From a virus (lineage: Duplodnaviria; Caudoviricetes), in IMG/VR virus record IMGVR_UViG_3300017700_000644, positions 1 to 40,054 of that record: DNA of 40,054 nt; one strand, written 5' to 3'. The translations under genes were made by a program, and so were the position numbers. This document shows, piece after piece, positions 35,303 to 40,054 of the stretch. The number at the start of each line of letters is the position of its first letter. The first letter of the stretch is position 1. The notes under the pieces are model-generated. The model was not told where the DNA came from and did no database searches. It worked only from the letters and a program-made list of their open reading frames with translations.

Positions 35303-35450
35303 CGGCCTTCGTCTCCCTATTGTTAGAAGCAGCGAAGGCCCATTCATGGAGCTTGTCCGCCATGTTGTTCTTGAGTTCCGTCTGTATGCGCTCAAGGTCT
35401 GAGCCTCGGCGTGGACGGACGGCGATAATCGGGGTTCGCTTCTGGTTCAT
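35295..35450 (-). CDS. Small putative DNA-binding protein (51 aa, not in ORF track)
   Basis: ATGA overlap; MNQKRTPIIAVRPRRGSDLERIQTEL gives a beta-then-helix, RHH-like pattern. Confidence 0.45.
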   Translation of the reverse strand: MNQKRTPIIAVRPRRGSDLERIQTELKNNMADKLHEWAFAASNNRETKADD

Positions 35451-35689
35451 GCGCCCCACGCCAGAACGCGGTCACCGAAGCGGTTCAGGGGGCTAAAGTC
35501 GCGCTGCGTAGCCCGTTCGGCCAGCGTTTCGCGGTAAGCCTTCTTGGCCTCCGAGGCGCGGGCGTAGAAAGCGCCATCAGCGCCAACGCCGTGATTGACG
35601 ACGTAACCGCCATCGACGCGGGCAATGCTGCCACGGTTCATGCCGAACCCGCCGTTGCGGAACTCGAAGGCGGCGATCTGTTTACGCAT
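35447..35689 (-). CDS. Hypothetical protein
   Basis: Own promoter and AAGGGAG RBS. Confidence 0.65.
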   Translation of the reverse strand: MRKQIAAFEFRNGGFGMNRGSIARVDGGYVVNHGVGADGAFYARASEAKKAYRETLAERATQRDFSPLNRFGDRVLAWGA

Positions 35690-35745
35690 GGCGTTTCTCC
35701 CTTTTGTTAGGTCAACCATACTCCCCTAAACGCATTGGTCAACCA
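35690..35745 (-). promoter_or_regulatory. Sigma70-type promoter with direct-repeat operator and RBS
   Basis: TTGACC(35742-35737)-N16-TATGGT(35720-35715); TGGTTGACC occurs twice; AAAAGGGAG. Confidence 0.65.
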
Positions 35746-35796
35746 CTTTCTTTGCCTCTTTCTTCCCGGTCTTCTGTCTAATGGTGGAGGGGTTTT

Positions 35797-36063
35797 TTAG
35801 TCAGCGGGCCACCAAAAGCCGCGCCCTTTCTGGATGATCCTTCCGGCACGTCGTTCTGCCTGTAGAACCTGGTCAGCCATCCTGTCCGCGTCCGTTGCGC
35901 GGCCCTTCAGTTCAGGGCAAAAGCCCTCGGCTGCCCTTCGCGCCACGCCAGACAGGTGCCTGTAGGTCATGGGGAAGGGGCCTTCCTCCAGAGCGACCAT
36001 CACGGCGTTTTTGGCTACGCGCCGCTGATCCTCGTTCAGTTTGGTAATCAAAGGAAACCTCAT
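35797..36063 (-). CDS. Hypothetical protein (winged-helix-like)
   Basis: GGGAG RBS; ADQVLQAERRAGRIIQKGRGFW. Confidence 0.55.
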   Translation of the reverse strand: MRFPLITKLNEDQRRVAKNAVMVALEEGPFPMTYRHLSGVARRAAEGFCPELKGRATDADRMADQVLQAERRAGRIIQKGRGFWWPAD

Positions 36064-36147
36064 CGTCTCTCTCCCATTCTCATATCCTGGACCTTTTGAA
36101 AGGTATTGGATTCATTTCGCTGCGCGAAATACCCACCGTGGACGAGG

Positions 36148-36552
36148 CTAATAGCCCGGATCATCCCTTGGCAGGTCGTTCCAAAAGCGGGCACATTCAG
36201 CCTTGTAATCCAGCGCGGTCGCGTCGCTCTGCATCAGGTAGGCCGACTCCTCCGCGTCAGTCATCTTCGCAGGCCACGGCTCTGGGTAGACCATCGGAAA
36301 TAGCCTAACCGCCGTCAACATACAGGCGGGGCATCTGTTAGAGGCTTCACGCAGACCGGCCATGCCGTTGGCCCTCATGGCGTCGTGCATCACTGGAACG
36401 GGCGTCACGCACTCGCCTAGCTGGTCGCACATACGACAGGATCGGTCTGGGTTCTTCGTGCAGTGCTTTTCGTGGCTTTCCATGTGGAAGCGCGACCCGC
36501 CAGCCTTTTTGCAGTGGTCGCAATAATAGCGCCTAACTGTCCGCTCTCTCAT
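36148..36552 (-). CDS. Cys-rich Zn-binding hypothetical protein
   Basis: YYCDHCKK...HEKHCTKNPDRSCRMC...CPAC. Confidence 0.75.
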   Translation of the reverse strand: MRERTVRRYYCDHCKKAGGSRFHMESHEKHCTKNPDRSCRMCDQLGECVTPVPVMHDAMRANGMAGLREASNRCPACMLTAVRLFPMVYPEPWPAKMTDAEESAYLMQSDATALDYKAECARFWNDLPRDDPGY

Positions 36553-36606
36553 TTTCGTCTCTCCCGTTTCGTTTCGCCGCGACCAAATTTGAAAGGGTCG
36601 GGCTGG

Positions 36607-37221
36607 TTAGAGGGCCTGTAAAAGTTGCTGACGCTGCGCCGTGGCCCGCTCACAGGCGTCGTTCAGTTCGGATAGCGTGGGGAAAAAGTTGGGCTTGTCG
36701 GACCGGTAGATAAACCGCTCAACCACGGCCTTAGCCACGTCAGCCGGATAGCGGGCTAGGCAATCGCTGTAGAGGCGAAGGATCAACCGCAACGAATCGT
36801 CACTGTCCTGCCGGTGAGCCGTAACCGCGTGGAGCGTTGAAACGTGCTCCTCGCATCGTTCGTAGGCCGCTGGCGTCATAGCGCTCTGGACTGCCTTGCG
36901 AGCCTCAGAACGGTTGTCCGCCGTTAGGCCCTCGAACAAAAACCCCGTCACTTTCCGTTGGTATCCACCCGTCGTCGGATACGTCAGGCTGATTTGCGGC
37001 TGCGGCACGATTTGCAAGGAGCACGTCAACCATTGAAGCAGGTTTCTGTCGGTGTCCTCCGGCGCTTGGCTTTCCAGCTTGGCCCGAACCGTTGCGAGGT
37101 TGCCCGCGCTCGTCGTTCCATCGTTCGGCGTTAAGCCACGTTGCGGCGTGGGGGCTATATTCGGGGTCTGCCCAGACGCCCCAACTGATTTGAGCAGAGA
37201 CAGCGGCGACAAGCGTTGCAT
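36607..37221 (-). CDS. Replication partner protein (helicase-loader / P-like position); start uncertain
   Basis: LARYPADV...FFPTLSEL motif is typical of genes following phage initiators; overlaps the initiator. Confidence 0.65.
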   Translation of the reverse strand: MQRLSPLSLLKSVGASGQTPNIAPTPQRGLTPNDGTTSAGNLATVRAKLESQAPEDTDRNLLQWLTCSLQIVPQPQISLTYPTTGGYQRKVTGFLFEGLTADNRSEARKAVQSAMTPAAYERCEEHVSTLHAVTAHRQDSDDSLRLILRLYSDCLARYPADVAKAVVERFIYRSDKPNFFPTLSELNDACERATAQRQQLLQAL

Positions 37222-37702
37222 GATCTGTGGCCTTTCGAGCTTTTGCGTAGGCTTTTCGGGCTGCGCCCTTGGCCCGTTTGTGGGGGTAGACCTTCCAGAA
37301 CTCCTCAAACTCGGCTGGTTTGAATGACTCCGAAGAAGCTTTAGCTTCTGAGGAAGGGTTAGAGACAGGTTCCGTGTCCCGTTTTCGGTACTCTTCTCGT
37401 CCGTTTTCGGAACCGTTCCGGTTTTGGGACTCTTTACCAACGTTGATTGTGTAGACCTTAACCTGACGGGTAGAGCCAACGCGCCGTCCAGAGTCGGCTA
37501 TAAGGCCGCAAGCCTCAAGCCTGTCGAGCGCAGAGATAACCGTTTTTCTGTTCAGGCTACTGAACTCACAAAGCCAATTTATGGACGGGTAGGCAAACCC
37601 TGTTTCATCGTTGTGGCGGTCACAGAGAGCAATAAGGATTAGCTTTTCGCTGGCCCTTTCGACGCGCGTTTTTGACGCCCACGCGAGCGCGCCCCAACTC
37701 AC
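36905..37702 (-). CDS. Replication initiator (N-terminal HTH_36, O-like)
   Basis: KLILIALCD...AYPSINWL...LNRKTVISALDRLEACGLI; FEEFWKVYP; HAATWLNAERW. Confidence 0.85.
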   Translation of the reverse strand: MSWGALAWASKTRVERASEKLILIALCDRHNDETGFAYPSINWLCEFSSLNRKTVISALDRLEACGLIADSGRRVGSTRQVKVYTINVGKESQNRNGSENGREEYRKRDTEPVSNPSSEAKASSESFKPAEFEEFWKVYPHKRAKGAARKAYAKARKATDHATLVAAVSAQISWGVWADPEYSPHAATWLNAERWNDERGQPRNGSGQAGKPSAGGHRQKPASMVDVLLANRAAAANQPDVSDDGWIPTESDGVFVRGPNGGQPF

Positions 37703-38160
37703 TCTTCAAGCCCTTGTTTTGACAGCCAGTCCAGGATGACAGAAACGTCGTCGTAGCACTCGGCTACTCGTCCGATCTCGTCTAGGTCGGAGGCTTCGTA
37801 TCCGCAGGCATAAGCGCGGGAAATTGCCGATATAGCGGCGTTCTGCTCTTCTTTGGGCCATGTCAGATAGGGCCACAAAAGCGAATAAAGAGTCTGCTGG
37901 TGCTGCTCTTGCTGATTTATAATGTCTTCGGTTGACTTGCCCGCGTTGCAGTCCTGACAGGCAGCAACGAGATTGTCCTCATCGTTATCGCCTCCGAAAC
38001 AAACAGGAGTTATGTGATCAACGTGAAGGACTACAGACGGAGCGGATTGACCGCAGTACCGGCACGTAAAGTTGTCGCGGTTCAGGACGCGAAAACGCTT
38101 CTTGGCGCTAAGCCCTCTCCGGCGCTTGCGCCCGCGCGGCTCTAAACGTATATTCTGCAT
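37699..38160 (-). CDS. HNH endonuclease
   Basis: RFRVLNRDNFTCRYCG...LHVDHITP...GG...NLVAACQDCNAGKS. Confidence 0.9.
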   Translation of the reverse strand: MQNIRLEPRGRKRRRGLSAKKRFRVLNRDNFTCRYCGQSAPSVVLHVDHITPVCFGGDNDEDNLVAACQDCNAGKSTEDIINQQEQHQQTLYSLLWPYLTWPKEEQNAAISAISRAYACGYEASDLDEIGRVAECYDDVSVILDWLSKQGLEE

Positions 38161-38245
38161 GGTCATTGGCTCCCTAAAGCCGGTGGCAGGGTGGGATCGA
38201 GACGGACCGCCAGATGCGTCTCTCCCACCCACCCACTTTCACTCA

Positions 38246-38354
38246 TTGCGGCATCGAAAGCAAGGCGGTACAAAAGCTGGCGGCTGGGGTTATTCCCTTT
38301 CACCAGTCGTAAAGACATTGGCCCGGCTGGATTCGCTCCACGCCGGGCCTTTTT
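38246..38354 (+). ncRNA. Candidate antisense small RNA (promoter, hairpin and terminator)
   Basis: TTGCGG-N17-TACAAA; hairpin at 38280-38310; GC-rich terminator at 38320-38354 with T5, on the strand opposite the operon. Confidence 0.5.
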
Positions 38355-38355
38355 G

Positions 38356-39036
38356 TTACCCGAATAGCTGTTCCTGGATCGGTTTCGCTACTGGTTCAGC
38401 GAATAGGCGGGGCTGACGGTAAGCGGCTTCAATACGGCGGCAGGCGATGTCGAAATAGGTTTCCTCCCGTTCGATTCCGATGAAAGAGCGTTCGCGCCGG
38501 ATACAGGCAACGCCGGTCGTTCCAGACCCAAGGAAGGGGTCGAGGATGGTTTCAGCCTTCGGAACAAACCCTAGACACCACTCCATCACGGCTACGGGCT
38601 TTTGGGTCGGGTGTTCGCGCCCGTCTTGCCTGACTTCTGTTCCTTGAATGGGCATCTCGAAAATGCGGAGGGTTCCCGTCTTGAGACTAGTCCACGCAAA
38701 CTCACCATCGGCGTAGTGCATGCCTCGGTTTTTCTTGTCCCATATCAGCGGAGAGCGGCAGTTACCCAAGAGCGAGATGAAGTAGTTACCGCCCCAAAAG
38801 ATTTGCTCTTTCGACATTGACCGCAGCGCGTCGAAAACCTCCGCGTCAGGCGCAACATCCCATTCGTTTGCCTTCTTGGCCTCAGCGGCAGAGAGCGAGT
38901 TTCCGCCAGTGCTGGACCATGAACCGATCCCATACGGCGGATCAGTCACAACAGCATCAACAGGCCCAAGCGTCGGCAGAATGTCTCGGCAGTCGCCCAA
39001 AATCAGGCGGCAATCCCCGATGATTTCCTCTCTCAT
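38356..39036 (-). CDS. DNA N6-adenine/N4-cytosine methyltransferase (beta class)
   Basis: TDPPYG precedes HPTQKP and ILDPFLGSGTTG. Confidence 0.92.
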   Translation of the reverse strand: MREEIIGDCRLILGDCRDILPTLGPVDAVVTDPPYGIGSWSSTGGNSLSAAEAKKANEWDVAPDAEVFDALRSMSKEQIFWGGNYFISLLGNCRSPLIWDKKNRGMHYADGEFAWTSLKTGTLRIFEMPIQGTEVRQDGREHPTQKPVAVMEWCLGFVPKAETILDPFLGSGTTGVACIRRERSFIGIEREETYFDIACRRIEAAYRQPRLFAEPVAKPIQEQLFG

Positions 39037-39224
39037 CCGATGAGCCGAAGTTCAATCGGCTGGCCTGACGGAACATGATCGCCCCGCTGAAACGCAGCCG
39101 CCAAAGCCCGAACAAACAGCCTGTCCCTTTCCCGTTGAGACGCTTCCTCATCTAATGGTGAGCGCCAGTCTTTCGGAGCGTCCTTTGGGGTTGAGACGCG
39201 AGGCTTCCAATAGTGATGGGTCAT
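39033..39224 (-). CDS. Hypothetical protein
   Basis: ATGA-coupled at both ends. Confidence 0.55.
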   Translation of the reverse strand: MTHHYWKPRVSTPKDAPKDWRSPLDEEASQRERDRLFVRALAAAFQRGDHVPSGQPIELRLIG

Positions 39225-39553
39225 GATCCTGCTTCCTCTATCAGTCGGTTGAGGATTGCGGTTCGGCCAGGTTCGGGGATGGCGTAGCCTTGACGTTCAT
39301 GCGTAACGATAAGATCGGGACCGATTCCCACGTCCTCCAACTTGGAACGCAGAAGACAGATGCGGACCTTGATCGCGTTCCGGCTCGGCAAGTCGCCCTC
39401 TACCATGCGCCATTTCCGCGCCCGCCCGAGAACATCATAGCTCGCCACTCGCCCGCGAACGTCCAGCAAGGCGCAGAGTAGGGCCGATTCCATGCGGGAG
39501 CCTAGAAGCGTAAAGGCGACAACCTCTAGTCCTAGCCGCTCCAGCGGGTTCAC
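39221..39553 (-). CDS. Stand-alone OmpR/PhoB-type winged-helix protein (CtrA DNA-binding-domain-like)
   Basis: ESALLCALL...GRVASYDVL...IKVRICLLRSKL...IVTHERQGYAI; no receiver domain. Confidence 0.75.
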   Translation of the reverse strand: MNPLERLGLEVVAFTLLGSRMESALLCALLDVRGRVASYDVLGRARKWRMVEGDLPSRNAIKVRICLLRSKLEDVGIGPDLIVTHERQGYAIPEPGRTAILNRLIEEAGS

Positions 39554-40054
39554 GCGCGCCTCTTTTGGCGGTCAAGGTCATGGCAGAGCGCGTAATGGCT
39601 CTCGCACTGATTCGTGTCATTCCAGACGGGCAAGCAGCACGAATGAATCTCACCACGCGGGCCGTATGGGTAGGAACACTCGCCTCGTTCGCGCGTCAGC
39701 CAAGGACGGGCGGTCAACGGAATGACGTTGGAATCCTCTTTCGGTCCTGCCTTCGGTCGCGGCTTCATCGTAGTGCCTGCTCTGGCCTTCGCTGCGGCGG
39801 CTACGGTATCATACGTCCGATCAGCCGCTTTCCGAACCTTCGGGACGCCCTTGGGAGGCAGACCCATGCGCTTGGCCTTGGAACCGACCTGACCTTCGCT
39901 GCGTCCGATCTGTTGACCGATAAGGAAGCAGGACAGACCGGAGGGCCAAAGCCGCTTCAATTCCGCTTCCTCGTCCTCGCTCCAGGTCTTCAGATTGACG
40001 GGCTGAACGGGGCTAAGGCTTCCAATGTCGTACTTGCGACGGACGCGGGCAACC
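39550..40054 (-). CDS. gcrA: 3' part of the GcrA-like regulator (HTH plus Cys-rich C-terminal domain)
   Basis: WSEDEEAELKRLWPSGLSCFLIGQQIGRSEGQVGSKAKRMGL matches the GcrA N-domain; WLTRERGECSYPYG...CC.P......CESH matches the GcrA C-domain. Confidence 0.8.
   Translation of the reverse strand, partial: VARVRRKYDIGSLSPVQPVNLKTWSEDEEAELKRLWPSGLSCFLIGQQIGRSEGQVGSKAKRMGLPPKGVPKVRKAADRTYDTVAAAAKARAGTTMKPRPKAGPKEDSNVIPLTARPWLTRERGECSYPYGPRGEIHSCCLPVWNDTNQCESHYALCHDLDRQKRRA
39932..40054. repeat. Terminal direct repeat (123 bp), right copy
   Basis: Identical to positions 1-123. Confidence 0.95.

Noticed and set aside
35445-35459. GTGGGGCGCATGAAC on the minus strand, resembling a collapsed hairpin element
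   Set aside because: It has no stem and lacks the conserved A. It is explained by an RBS plus ATGA stop/start overlap.
38356-39036. Calling the MTase ccrM
   Set aside because: Same class, but it is only 226 aa and lacks the CcrM C-terminal domain. Specificity cannot be inferred.
39932-40054. 123-bp terminal repeat as a biological direct terminal repeat
   Set aside because: It falls in the middle of the gcrA-like ORF and is most simply an assembler overlap. The Sf6-like terS is more consistent with headful packaging. Read-end mapping would be needed to decide.

Overview
This window is an apparently complete, circularly permuted genome (about 39.9 kb; positions 1-123 repeat at 39932-40054) of a GC-rich short-tailed (podovirus-type) dsDNA phage. 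The host is most likely an alphaproteobacterium of the Caulobacter/Brevundimonas type, inferred from GcrA-like and CtrA-like genes. A rightward early operon (about 2994-7945) encodes a 2OG-Fe(II)-type oxygenase, an ERF recombinase, an SSB-like protein and many small ORFs. The rightward late region (8015-31122) encodes the terminases, portal, scaffold, capsid, a glycosyltransferase/Maf-like plus FkbM insert, tail tube and nozzle, ejection proteins, fibre, tailspike and lysis genes. A leftward operon starts at an XRE/Cro-like gene (2889) and runs across the contig join through RusA, HNHs, GcrA, a CtrA-like winged helix, a DNA MTase and the replication genes into an accessory arm (31119-36552). 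I see no integrase, separate cI, tRNA or CRISPR array. The main observations are: (1) a family of at least 7 structurally covarying hairpin elements (GTRGGKA-N...N'-TGMRC), mostly alternating in orientation, at gene and domain junctions in the accessory arm, which suggests an undescribed gene-cassette shuffling system; (2) a clustered GcrA (four tandem HTHs), CtrA-like wHTH and CcrM-class MTase module; (3) an HNH inserted at the rusA 3' end with a synonymously recoded duplicate of the host-gene tail; (4) a candidate virion-glycosylation module; (5) a candidate antisense sRNA upstream of the replication genes. All protein calls come from motif recognition by eye, not database searches.
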